Positions 19,834-28,675 of a stretch of 64,000 nt of DNA are shown here, piece after piece. Position 1 is the first letter of the stretch, and each line of letters begins with the position of its first letter. The notes below the pieces were generated by a model. The model was not told the origin of the DNA. It did not search any database and worked only from the letters and a program-made list of their open reading frames with translations. The position numbers were made by a program, and so were the translations under genes. Source of the stretch: a virus; IMG/VR virus record IMGVR_UViG_3300036820_000006, positions 1 through 64,000 of that record; one strand, written 5' to 3'.

Positions 19834-20658
19834 ATGACGCTGGATGAACTCCTCGCCGCGAGCACTGATGAATTTACTGACCCGCTACAGCTGGTGCGCG
19901 ATTCTTGTTACCGCTGGGGCAGTTGCCAGGCGATCCTCTATGACCGCGCTCGCGAGGAGCTTTTCCCACAACCTTATCTCGCTGAGCTTTACCAGCGCGC
20001 ACGCGCTTCAGGCCGCGCTAAGCTGGGCATACTGGAACCGCTGTTTTGCGGGCAGCGGGACCTGAGCTTGGATGCGATTACGAGCTACCTTGCGAGCGTG
20101 CCGCTGGTGGTGTTGGGGGAGTGGCGCGACTGGAACCCGCCCCCCGCCATTAGCGTGGAACGAATCAATGCTTTGGACCCGCAGATACGAGGCATCGTCG
20201 TCGCAGGTCAGATGAGACAGGCTTCATTGACCTCTCCCCACTTCCACCCGCTCGGCTTCTGCTTCCCCGCCCTAATGCCCAACATCGCCGCGCCGCAGCA
20301 TCAGCCCAGCTCGCCTAACTCCTTGTTCGGCGCTTATGCTTTCTTCGCTGAAGCGTGGCGCTCGCCGCAGCAACACGTGCTCACATATCTTGGCGTCAGT
20401 TACCTCTTCTACGAGTTCCGCGCTGCTGCCATCCATGGTGTGCGTTATGCGGACAACCACCTAACCGCACGCTGGATGCGTCAGTTCGGCTTCCGTGACC
20501 TCAGCCCGGCGCTGCCCAGCTATCTCTATCGCTACGCCACCGGGGAGCTTGCCTCCGGCGTAATCTCTTCCTGCCAGCGCGAGGATTTTGCTGACTTACT
20601 TCGGCAGGTGCTGCTAGGCTTGCGCGGAGAATCGGCTGGGAGCGCAGTGCAGCGATAA
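19834..20658 (+). CDS. GNAT-fold protein preceding ejection genes
   Basis: IHGVRYADNHLTARWMRQFGF resembles the GNAT C-terminal motif; podovirus synteny. Confidence 0.55.
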   Translation: MTLDELLAASTDEFTDPLQLVRDSCYRWGSCQAILYDRAREELFPQPYLAELYQRARASGRAKLGILEPLFCGQRDLSLDAITSYLASVPLVVLGEWRDWNPPPAISVERINALDPQIRGIVVAGQMRQASLTSPHFHPLGFCFPALMPNIAAPQHQPSSPNSLFGAYAFFAEAWRSPQQHVLTYLGVSYLFYEFRAAAIHGVRYADNHLTARWMRQFGFRDLSPALPSYLYRYATGELASGVISSCQREDFADLLRQVLLGLRGESAGSAVQR

Positions 20659-20696
20659 TTCGTTGTGCATTGGCCTCCCCTCTAAGGAGGTCGGCA

Positions 20697-21335
20697 GTGG
20701 GCTCGTCAAGCAAAGGCTTATCCAGCGGTGTGACCGGGGGTGAGCAAACCGCCGCGAACCAGCTAGCGTCTATCGGCAGTGCGCAGGCCGGTAATGCCAG
20801 TGCGCTCTTCAATATGGCTTTCCCATCTTTGGGTCAAGCAAATAGTTTTTATTCTTCGCTCGCCACCGGAAATCCGGGAACCATCGCCCGCGCTATCGCG
20901 CCAGCCGCGCAGCAAGTAGATGCCGCTACTGCAGGCGCGCGTCAGAACATCCTCAACAACGCTCCGGCCGGTGGCGAAAAGAACCTCGCGCTCGAACAGG
21001 CTGACGTGAACCAAGGCGCGCAGATAGGCAATCTTGCATCGCAAGGTTACAACAACTCGTTCAACGCGCTGGCGCAGCTAGGCCAAGGTGGTATCGGTCA
21101 GTCCAGCTATCTCGCAGGCACTGGCATCTATGGCACCTCGGCGGGCTCGAACATTCTTAGCAATCTAGGCAATCAACAGATTGAACAAAAAGGTGCCTCA
21201 ATGGGTTCGTTGGGAAGCTTGCTCGGCACTGGGGGCTACCTTGGCGGCGCGGCGCTCGGCGGCGGCGGTGGCGGTGGTAAAGGCGGCAGTGGCGGCGTTC
21301 CGGTTGCGCCACTGGCAATGTTTGGAGGGCTCTAG
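20697..21335 (+). CDS. internal virion/ejection protein 1
   Basis: AAGGAGG RBS before GTG 20697; G/A/Q/N-rich with Gly-rich hydrophobic C-terminus. Confidence 0.6.
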   Translation: MGSSSKGLSSGVTGGEQTAANQLASIGSAQAGNASALFNMAFPSLGQANSFYSSLATGNPGTIARAIAPAAQQVDAATAGARQNILNNAPAGGEKNLALEQADVNQGAQIGNLASQGYNNSFNALAQLGQGGIGQSSYLAGTGIYGTSAGSNILSNLGNQQIEQKGASMGSLGSLLGTGGYLGGAALGGGGGGGKGGSGGVPVAPLAMFGGL

Positions 21336-23434
21336 TGGATCAGACATCACCATTCAATCCGCAGGGGCCGCCCGATCTTGGCGCGCCATCGATGCCTAGC
21401 GTTACTCCTATGCTGCAGGATGCATCTCCAGTTAGCGCTACGCCGTTCGTGCCCACGCCGAACCCAGCGACGGCAGGGCAGAACCCTTATCAACCGTTGC
21501 AGCTGCCACAGCAGGGTATTCCTCCGGCTGAGATGCTAGCGCGCGGCCTGCCGGGAGAGCAACCGATTCAGAACCTCGGCGCGACCTCGCATGGCGGCGC
21601 GGCAGCGTACCTCGGCAACCAGCTCATGCGAGGTTTCATTCAGGGCCGCGCTGAAAACCAGATGAATCAAGCTGCGCAGTTCGCGAAGAATCAAGCTGGG
21701 CAGCAGCTTCTATACGATTCGGCTGCAAAAGATTACTACCGGCTTGCGCAGTCTGGTACTGATCCTAACTCGCCTGAGATGCAGGATGCCCAACAGCGCG
21801 TACAAGCTTCGTGGGACGGTTTGATGGGCCTGTACGGTCAGCATGTAAAGCAACCTAGCGGTAAGAATGCGCAGGGGGCACAGCAGCAGCCGCAGCCGTT
21901 CCCAATGCGGTTGATGAACGCACTGCATGGCGGCGACCCGAATCAGATCATGCCAGTGGTGTATGAAGGTCTGCAGAAGTCCGGGCCTCCAGTGTTTCAC
22001 CAAGCGCAGCCTTATATGACGCCGCAGTATCGCGCACAGGCGGGGCAGCAGCAAGGCACGCAGCAAGCAGCGGGCGAAGCTGGGGCCATTGGAACGCAGG
22101 GTCAGATCGGCACGCAACGGTTGATTGAGGAGCAACGGCAGCTAGAATTGGTCCAGAACCCGAATCCGCAACAACAACAGCGACTCAATGACGTTACCAA
22201 TTATCTGCGTGGATTGCCGGGTGAGGGTAAACAGTTTCTGCCAAAGTTCCAATTGTTCCGTGATTCGCAAGGCAACATCTCGTCGCTCGATGTCACGCGT
22301 GATCCTATTCCACAGGGACTCACGCCGGTTAGCGCGGCCACCTACAATCGCAAACCGTTGCAGGGTTGGGTACAAGTGGGCAAACAAGTCGGCAGCGTCT
22401 TCTATGATCCGTTCACTAATCAACCAGAGATGGGTACGCTTGATTACACTCGACTGCCTCCCCCCAGCGTAGCGCGGCTATTTGGTAGTATGACCAACAC
22501 CACAGGCACAATGGTAGACGCGAACGGAAATCTGCAGAAGTATGGAAAAACTAGCTCTACTCATCCGAATGTTCCATTGAACACCGCGCCGTTACCGGCT
22601 AGGTTCTCTGGCGCACCTCCTGCTACCGGGCCTGCTCCGGTAGGATTGCCACAGCAAGGTGGAGCAGCGGGACCGGCTGGGCCAACAGCAGGGGGCGGCG
22701 GCATTTCTAGCGTGCCCCAGCCTGCAGTTGCTGCCCTAGCTACTCTCACAGGCTTTGGTAACCCCCCTCCCCCACAGGCAAACGGCTCCTCCAACGGCTC
22801 TAATCTCACGCCAGTCGGATATGTTGGCTCGCAAGCTTACAAAGGTCTCATCAAGCAACATGATGCGGCGGTCAAGAATTATAACGATGGAACTGCGCTA
22901 CAGAGCTATGTCATGGGCGGCCCCGGTCAGCAAGGCGGCGGTCTGTTGCAGCAAGCGATGAATGGCGATCACACCGCGCAATATCTGCTGCTACTCAGTT
23001 ACCTCAAAGGCACCGTGGTGCAGCAAGGTTCGAACATCCGGCTCAATAATTCCGAGCTGAACAAGGCCCAAGCGTCGGCGCCATGGCTTTCGCGTATCGA
23101 GGCGCGCTTCGGGCAAGATGGCTATGTGACGCCGGACGGCGTGTCGCTCACGCCGCAGCAGATGCAGACTATGGCTGCAGGCATCCGCAACAAAACTGTA
23201 ACGCAGCAACAGGAGGCGCAGCGCATAGCACAGGAAATGGACGCGCAGAAACAAGCTGACATGGAAGCGGGTGGGTTACACACACGACCCGTTACGCATG
23301 CGGCTCCGGCTCCAGCTCCGGCTGCAAGCGGCGGTCAAAACCAAATTACTGTTGTGGACCCACGAGGCAAATCCCACTACTTCGCAACGCAAGCTCAAGC
23401 TGACCACTTCAAGCAACTTGCTGGAATTCACTAA
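21335..23434 (+). CDS. internal virion/ejection protein 2
   Basis: 699 aa Q/P/G-rich, coupled to neighbours. Confidence 0.6.
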   Translation: MDQTSPFNPQGPPDLGAPSMPSVTPMLQDASPVSATPFVPTPNPATAGQNPYQPLQLPQQGIPPAEMLARGLPGEQPIQNLGATSHGGAAAYLGNQLMRGFIQGRAENQMNQAAQFAKNQAGQQLLYDSAAKDYYRLAQSGTDPNSPEMQDAQQRVQASWDGLMGLYGQHVKQPSGKNAQGAQQQPQPFPMRLMNALHGGDPNQIMPVVYEGLQKSGPPVFHQAQPYMTPQYRAQAGQQQGTQQAAGEAGAIGTQGQIGTQRLIEEQRQLELVQNPNPQQQQRLNDVTNYLRGLPGEGKQFLPKFQLFRDSQGNISSLDVTRDPIPQGLTPVSAATYNRKPLQGWVQVGKQVGSVFYDPFTNQPEMGTLDYTRLPPPSVARLFGSMTNTTGTMVDANGNLQKYGKTSSTHPNVPLNTAPLPARFSGAPPATGPAPVGLPQQGGAAGPAGPTAGGGGISSVPQPAVAALATLTGFGNPPPPQANGSSNGSNLTPVGYVGSQAYKGLIKQHDAAVKNYNDGTALQSYVMGGPGQQGGGLLQQAMNGDHTAQYLLLLSYLKGTVVQQGSNIRLNNSELNKAQASAPWLSRIEARFGQDGYVTPDGVSLTPQQMQTMAAGIRNKTVTQQQEAQRIAQEMDAQKQADMEAGGLHTRPVTHAAPAPAPAASGGQNQITVVDPRGKSHYFATQAQADHFKQLAGIH

Positions 23435-26316
23435 TGGATGGAGCAACTCAACTCGGGGCGTCTGCAGGGGTTGGAACGTCGCCATCGACCGCTGCCCTGC
23501 CTACGCCTGCGCCCGTGGTTGTACCTTCAGCCGCTCCCGCCGCCAGCCCTACTGCCGCAGCGCCTATCGACTATGATGTGCTAGCTCAACAAGCGCGCGG
23601 CGGGGCCGCTCCGTCTACAGCGAGGGCGGGCAATATAGATTACGACGCGCTCGCACAGCAAGCGCGTACCGCACAAGCCACTTCACCGCAGCAACAGGTT
23701 GATCCAATTCGGCAATCGCTCACCGCCAACCCCAAAGGTGAAGGCATCTATCAGATGAAGAACGGCGCGGGCGGTTCGCTCGCTGTCCCCTTCAGCAACG
23801 TTGAAGCAATGCCGGATTTCCGCAACAATTTTGACAATGAGCAAGAAGCCGAGCGTTACCTCAAAGATAAATCTGCGGTGACACCGGGCTTCATCCACTC
23901 GACATTCAACGCCATCACTAAACCGATTCAGAACTACGCCGACCAAAAACTCGCCCAGTACACTTCTCCGCTTACTCCCGAGCGTAGACAGCAGCTTGCT
24001 CAGAACGGCTTCAAGACGGGTGATCTGAGGGCAGCTGACTTTATGCAAGGCACACTCAACGGCATCGGCGAGATGCTCAACCATCCAATCCAAACTGTGA
24101 GCGGCACAGTTGATAGCCTAGATAATCTTGCCGACTATATTCAGCAGAAACTGGTACCTACCGGTCTGTGGTCTCCTGCGGAACAAAAAGATGTGCCCAA
24201 AGGCGCTGCTGCCTTCACGCAGATGATACAAAAAATGGAGCAGCAGTATAAAAATAAGCCGCCATACTTCCTTGGCCAAATGCTAGGCCAAGCCATACTC
24301 GCCCATGGAGCTGGGGAAGCGTTCACACCAGTTGCGGGCGCGATCAAAGCCGCGCCGGAATATACTTCCGCCGCCGCCAACACTATGGCGAAGGAACTCA
24401 CGGGTGTGCGTCCACATATCGCGCAGCAGATGGTGGAAGACACCATGGATACGAATCAAGCTGCGCAGCAAACTGCTGCCGCTGAGAATGTGACCAACGC
24501 GCAGCAACATTCTGAACAGGTGCAAAGCGCATTGCAAGATACGCAGCAAGCTGAGGACCTGCACGCTAACGCCCAGCGCACCGCCCAGTCGGATCAACAA
24601 GCTGCTCATCAACAACAGGTATCCGATATCAATGATAAGAATCAGCTAGTACAGGACCAACATGCTGCCAAAGCTCAACGCATCCAAGCCAACAATGACA
24701 CTCTGCAGCAGCAGATCACGCAGCGCCAAGGTTTAGAGCAGCAGTATTCCGATGCCACCGATCAGTATTACCAAAAAGAAGGTGAAGTTCGCACAGCCGC
24801 CAAAGCTACTGAGAATCAGGCATGGGCACCATGGCATGCAGCCATGGACGATGTTCCAGTGGATTCTGATCGCATTATGCAGCCGTTGCAAAAGATATTC
24901 AAGAATTCGCCCGAGGCCAAACGAGCGCTCGCACAGCTTCAACCTGACCCGGAAGATGTTGGGGAGCAAGCTGCCAACGATCCGCAGGTGCAGCATTATC
25001 TGCAAGGGCGGCAGCAGGTAATGCAACAGCTATTCCCTAAAGGTGCTCAAGATTACGAAGGTCTGTCACCGATGCAACAAGATCAAGTGAACTCGATCAT
25101 GCGCAGCGGTGGCATGGAGCCGCCAGCGCTCGACTTTGATCCTGAAGATGGTGGCCAGATGACAGTGGGACAGATTCAACGTGCCAAGTCCATCCTTGGC
25201 CAGAAACTAATGAAGAATCAATACGAAGGTTACATAAAGGGGGAGATGCAGAAGGTCTATAACGTGCTCGACAACACGGTGAAAGCCGCGTCCGACGAGA
25301 ACGACATGGGCGACACCTATTCGGCGGCGAAGCAAGCGACTCAAAAGTTCAATCAGGCATTCGGTCGGGAGCGTCCGCGCATTATGACGCAGGACGAGCT
25401 GCGCATGAAACAAGCCAATCCTCAAGCTTACGCGCAACGCTTGCAGGATGAAAAGCTCGCTGCAGTAAGCTACCACGATCCCGAACTGGCGGATTCGTAT
25501 CGTAACGTGCAGCAGATGCGTCAGCAGCTCAGCGACACGCCTGAAGTCGAGCAGTTGCAGAAGAAGATTAAACCAGTGCCCGCGCCGCCCTCAGTGGGTG
25601 ACATTCGCCCTGGTATGGCGCTGCAGGAACACCCACCTGCGCCAGAGCCGGTACAGCTTCCTCAACCTAATCGTGCGCCAGTGCCCAATCGACCGGAAGA
25701 GGTTCAGCCCGAAGTTACTCAAGTGGGCACTGATGATCTAATGCAGAAGAATCGCGATACCTATACCCAAGCTGTGCGCTCGTTGCGTAACCGTGGCATC
25801 TGGTATGGCGCGGCGCTGCCTTGGCTCTGGGTTGTGCGCGACGTGATGCACGGCAACATCGAAGGCGCGGCTGGATCGGCCGTTGGTGCAGCGGTCTCTT
25901 CAGTTGGCAGTATCGTAGGGCTGACCAAGCTTTCCGATTGGATGGAGAAGCCCGAAGTTCGCGACTGGGTAGCTCGGCCGAATGAGCGCCAGATGCAGGA
26001 ATTCAACAAGCTCCCGCCAGAGCAGCGCAAAGTTATCGCTAGCGGCTTCGACAATATGTGGAAGGTTGCGAAGATGAAATCTATCGCGGGCAAACCGTTC
26101 AAAATTAGCCCGCTGCTGCTTGGTTTTATCGCTGCGAATCGACCGAAGAGTGGCGCAGAATTAGACGCGATCAAACAGAAAGCTCTGACTGAAATGGGCC
26201 AAGCAGGGGTCTCCTCGGAGCCTGATCCTGCCGAGGGTGTGGGAGCAGCAGCATCTCCTGCTGACATAATCGGTACGGGCCAACCGTCTGCCACTGCAGG
26301 AGCGCCGCCACAATGA
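23434..26316 (+). CDS. internal virion/ejection protein 3
   Basis: 960 aa, IDYDxLAQQAR repeats, coiled-coil, hydrophobic segments near C-terminus. Confidence 0.6.
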   Translation: MDGATQLGASAGVGTSPSTAALPTPAPVVVPSAAPAASPTAAAPIDYDVLAQQARGGAAPSTARAGNIDYDALAQQARTAQATSPQQQVDPIRQSLTANPKGEGIYQMKNGAGGSLAVPFSNVEAMPDFRNNFDNEQEAERYLKDKSAVTPGFIHSTFNAITKPIQNYADQKLAQYTSPLTPERRQQLAQNGFKTGDLRAADFMQGTLNGIGEMLNHPIQTVSGTVDSLDNLADYIQQKLVPTGLWSPAEQKDVPKGAAAFTQMIQKMEQQYKNKPPYFLGQMLGQAILAHGAGEAFTPVAGAIKAAPEYTSAAANTMAKELTGVRPHIAQQMVEDTMDTNQAAQQTAAAENVTNAQQHSEQVQSALQDTQQAEDLHANAQRTAQSDQQAAHQQQVSDINDKNQLVQDQHAAKAQRIQANNDTLQQQITQRQGLEQQYSDATDQYYQKEGEVRTAAKATENQAWAPWHAAMDDVPVDSDRIMQPLQKIFKNSPEAKRALAQLQPDPEDVGEQAANDPQVQHYLQGRQQVMQQLFPKGAQDYEGLSPMQQDQVNSIMRSGGMEPPALDFDPEDGGQMTVGQIQRAKSILGQKLMKNQYEGYIKGEMQKVYNVLDNTVKAASDENDMGDTYSAAKQATQKFNQAFGRERPRIMTQDELRMKQANPQAYAQRLQDEKLAAVSYHDPELADSYRNVQQMRQQLSDTPEVEQLQKKIKPVPAPPSVGDIRPGMALQEHPPAPEPVQLPQPNRAPVPNRPEEVQPEVTQVGTDDLMQKNRDTYTQAVRSLRNRGIWYGAALPWLWVVRDVMHGNIEGAAGSAVGAAVSSVGSIVGLTKLSDWMEKPEVRDWVARPNERQMQEFNKLPPEQRKVIASGFDNMWKVAKMKSIAGKPFKISPLLLGFIAANRPKSGAELDAIKQKALTEMGQAGVSSEPDPAEGVGAAASPADIIGTGQPSATAGAPPQ

Positions 26317-26519
26317 AGCTCGCACAGATTACCGATGATTTGGCGATTCAACCGCACAAAGTCACTGCAGTGAAACGTATTAGTGCACGCAAGACCGCGA
26401 TTTTCTGCTCCGGCCAATCTGCGCAGGATGGTAATTTTCTTGTGTTCAAACCTTATGGTGAGGTAATGGATATATTGCAGGAAGCGTTAGTAGATGAGGA
26501 GGCTCGATATGTCCGCTGA
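26313..26519 (+). CDS. hypothetical protein
   Basis: ATGA overlap with upstream gene. Confidence 0.6.
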   Translation: MKLAQITDDLAIQPHKVTAVKRISARKTAIFCSGQSAQDGNFLVFKPYGEVMDILQEALVDEEARYVR

Positions 26520-26718
26520 CAAATCTGATGCACACTGGATGGAAAAAGCATTCGCCAACGCTCACCACCAGCTCAGACGAAAAACTCATACAAAGCCTGG
26601 GCAAAATATCTCCGCCCGCGCGCTCAAGCGGGAATCTGGGGCGAAATCGCTGAAAACGCGCCGCCAAGCGAACTTGGCGATGACGGCGCGGAAGATGAAC
26701 GCTCGACGAGGCAAGTAG
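26509..26718 (+). CDS. small basic phage protein
   Basis: GAGGAGG RBS; RRQANLAMT motif. Confidence 0.65.
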   Translation: MSADKSDAHWMEKAFANAHHQLRRKTHTKPGQNISARALKRESGAKSLKTRRQANLAMTARKMNARRGK

Positions 26719-27091
26719 CAACTGCGCTAGCCTCGCGCATCTGTCGCCACAGCGCTTCACCTCTAATAGTGCGCGCAGGCTCAGGCAACTGCGCCACTCG
26801 CTCCAGCTCTTGCTCCCACGCCTCAGCAAACGTAGGAGGCTCACCTGCGCCGTTCATCAATCGCCATAGAATAGCTTGCCGGTCAAATCTGACCTGTTCA
26901 CATTTGCCGGTCTTCAATCCTATTATTAGCTGCCGCACGGCCCACGCGCTGAATTGAGGGCCTGCTGCAGCGTCATCCTTAGCAACCGGTACGCCTAGCC
27001 TGCGCGCCAGTCGCGCTACATCACCTCGCTTCACACCCAGCAGCTCGCTAACATCTTGCACCGTGAATAGAGGTTTATCTTCCGCGCGCAT
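26624..27091 (-). CDS. MerR/excisionase-like HTH protein
   Basis: FTVQDVSELLGVKRGDVARLARRLG. Confidence 0.6.
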   Translation of the reverse strand: MRAEDKPLFTVQDVSELLGVKRGDVARLARRLGVPVAKDDAAAGPQFSAWAVRQLIIGLKTGKCEQVRFDRQAILWRLMNGAGEPPTFAEAWEQELERVAQLPEPARTIRGEALWRQMREASAVATCLVERSSSAPSSPSSLGGAFSAISPQIPA

Positions 27092-27114
27092 AGCGTTACT
27101 ATAGCGTTACTATA
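27091..27114. repeat. 11-bp direct repeat TAGCGTTACTA x2 between divergent genes
   Basis: tagcgttactatagcgttactata fills the 28-bp intergenic gap. Confidence 0.7.
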
Positions 27115-27119
27115 ACGCC

Positions 27120-27380
27120 ATGGCACAACGCCAGATTCCGATTCCCGAATCTTCGAACCTGCAGTCGGTCGTCTACGATGACGAGGCGATGGAGCTTATT
27201 GTGGTCTTTCATGGGGTCAGTGGTGGGAAAGCTAAATCGCCTAAATATGCAAACGCCACCTACCTTTTCAAATCTGTCCCTTCTAACGTGGTCGATGGCC
27301 TCGCGACCTCTGGCCTGCGTGCCACGGACTACTTCCGCAGCAACATCTATCGACAGTACATACATGAGCGGATTAGCTGA
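27120..27380 (+). CDS. KTSC domain protein
   Basis: SSNLQSVVYD..LIVVF..YLFKSVP..YFRSNI. Confidence 0.8.
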   Translation: MAQRQIPIPESSNLQSVVYDDEAMELIVVFHGVSGGKAKSPKYANATYLFKSVPSNVVDGLATSGLRATDYFRSNIYRQYIHERIS

Positions 27381-27444
27381 TGAATTAGCTGCTCTAGCTC
27401 AGATTTCATAGCCTTACTCTCCGCTCTGGTGCTACGCTCCGCGC

Positions 27445-28338
27445 GTGTCCACCTTAGCGCAGGCAGTATCTAACTCGGCACCTTCTCTGTTAGCCGCTCA
27501 AGTGGCTGAACAGGCGCGCATCCAGGCTCCGCTTCATTCTGCAACTGCGCTTGCTAATGCGCTTGCTGAAATTTCTTCTGAGCCTGAAGGCGAAATCATA
27601 GCGCCTGCCTCTGCCGCCGCTACCGCTGCCCTGCGCGCACTCGCCGACCGCTTCTCCCGCGCTGTCGATCACATGCGGGTCGCCGCTTGTGAGCTGGCCT
27701 ACTGTGGCTACCGGCTGCAACAAGCTGCTGACTGGACTTCGTTAGGCTATCGCGATGAGATGGATTTTGCTTCCGCGCATGGCCTCAGCGATTCCACATG
27801 GCGCACCTACACCAAGCTTGGCGGCAGGCTCCAACACCTTGATCTCGCAGAGATGCAGGGCCTTACGCTAGCTGCCGCCAACCAAATCGTTCGCGTGAAC
27901 TGCGCGATCTGGGATGAATATCCATGGGTCGAGGAAGCCAAGCTGCTCAACGCGCGTGAATTCGCGATGCTGGTCGCCGACCGCAATCAGAAAGCGGCTG
28001 CGCTGCCCGCCGCGCTTGCCGCACCTCAACGCGCTGAACCGCGCATCCCGCTGGACGTGAATATCCCAGCGTCGCAGCAGCGCGTTATCAAGCAACAACT
28101 GGAAACAATTCGCAAACGTGAACACTTACCCACTGCTGCTGATGCGCTTACTAGCGCGCTATCCGCTGCTGAGCAATTCGCTGAACTCTCCGTAGTCGCG
28201 ACCGAACTCACCGCGTTGCCAGCTAGCTCGCCCCACGCGCGGACGCTGCTCGGTCAAATCCTCAGCACCCTTGGAGGGATGCCTGATGCCGCATTACAAG
28301 AAAAGGTTCCGTCTGCCCACGCCCTCGCCCGCGACTAG
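27445..28338 (+). CDS. hypothetical helical protein, possibly leaderless
   Basis: TGcTACGCT extended -10 ends 6 nt before GTG. Confidence 0.6.
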   Translation: MSTLAQAVSNSAPSLLAAQVAEQARIQAPLHSATALANALAEISSEPEGEIIAPASAAATAALRALADRFSRAVDHMRVAACELAYCGYRLQQAADWTSLGYRDEMDFASAHGLSDSTWRTYTKLGGRLQHLDLAEMQGLTLAAANQIVRVNCAIWDEYPWVEEAKLLNAREFAMLVADRNQKAAALPAALAAPQRAEPRIPLDVNIPASQQRVIKQQLETIRKREHLPTAADALTSALSAAEQFAELSVVATELTALPASSPHARTLLGQILSTLGGMPDAALQEKVPSAHALARD

Positions 28339-28675
28339 GAGATTCATTGATGGACGCGAAGTTTGTTTCAATAATCCGGCCGGACGAGCGGAATATGAGC
28401 ACCGCAAACAGTTCTTGTGGGAGCAGCAGGGAGGTGATTGCGCCTACTGCCGCTGCAGAATGTCCCTCTCTCAATGCCGCCTCACCGGAGGCGATTGGCA
28501 GCCTCGGCAGCAACTCCGTGACGACCGCATTTATGACGAATGCGGCCGACAGATTAACTACCTCGTGCATAAAGATTGCCTGCGACCATGGCACGAACGT
28601 GAGCAAGAGTGCGCAGCGGCAGATGTCGCAGCGGCTGCGACGGTGGCTAACTTATCCGATTCTGTTCTTGCTTAG
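28286..28675 (+). CDS. degenerate HNH-like zinc protein
   Basis: GGAGG RBS; LWEQQGGDCAYC...NYLVHKDC. Confidence 0.6.
   Translation: MPHYKKRFRLPTPSPATRRFIDGREVCFNNPAGRAEYEHRKQFLWEQQGGDCAYCRCRMSLSQCRLTGGDWQPRQQLRDDRIYDECGRQINYLVHKDCLRPWHEREQECAAADVAAAATVANLSDSVLA

Noticed and set aside
28347-28622. ORF-track start of the 1703-aa protein (similarly 34621 and 39873)
   Set aside because: These extensions overlap upstream genes; later starts at 28623, 34690 and 40236 expose signal peptides and, for the last two, give stop-start coupling
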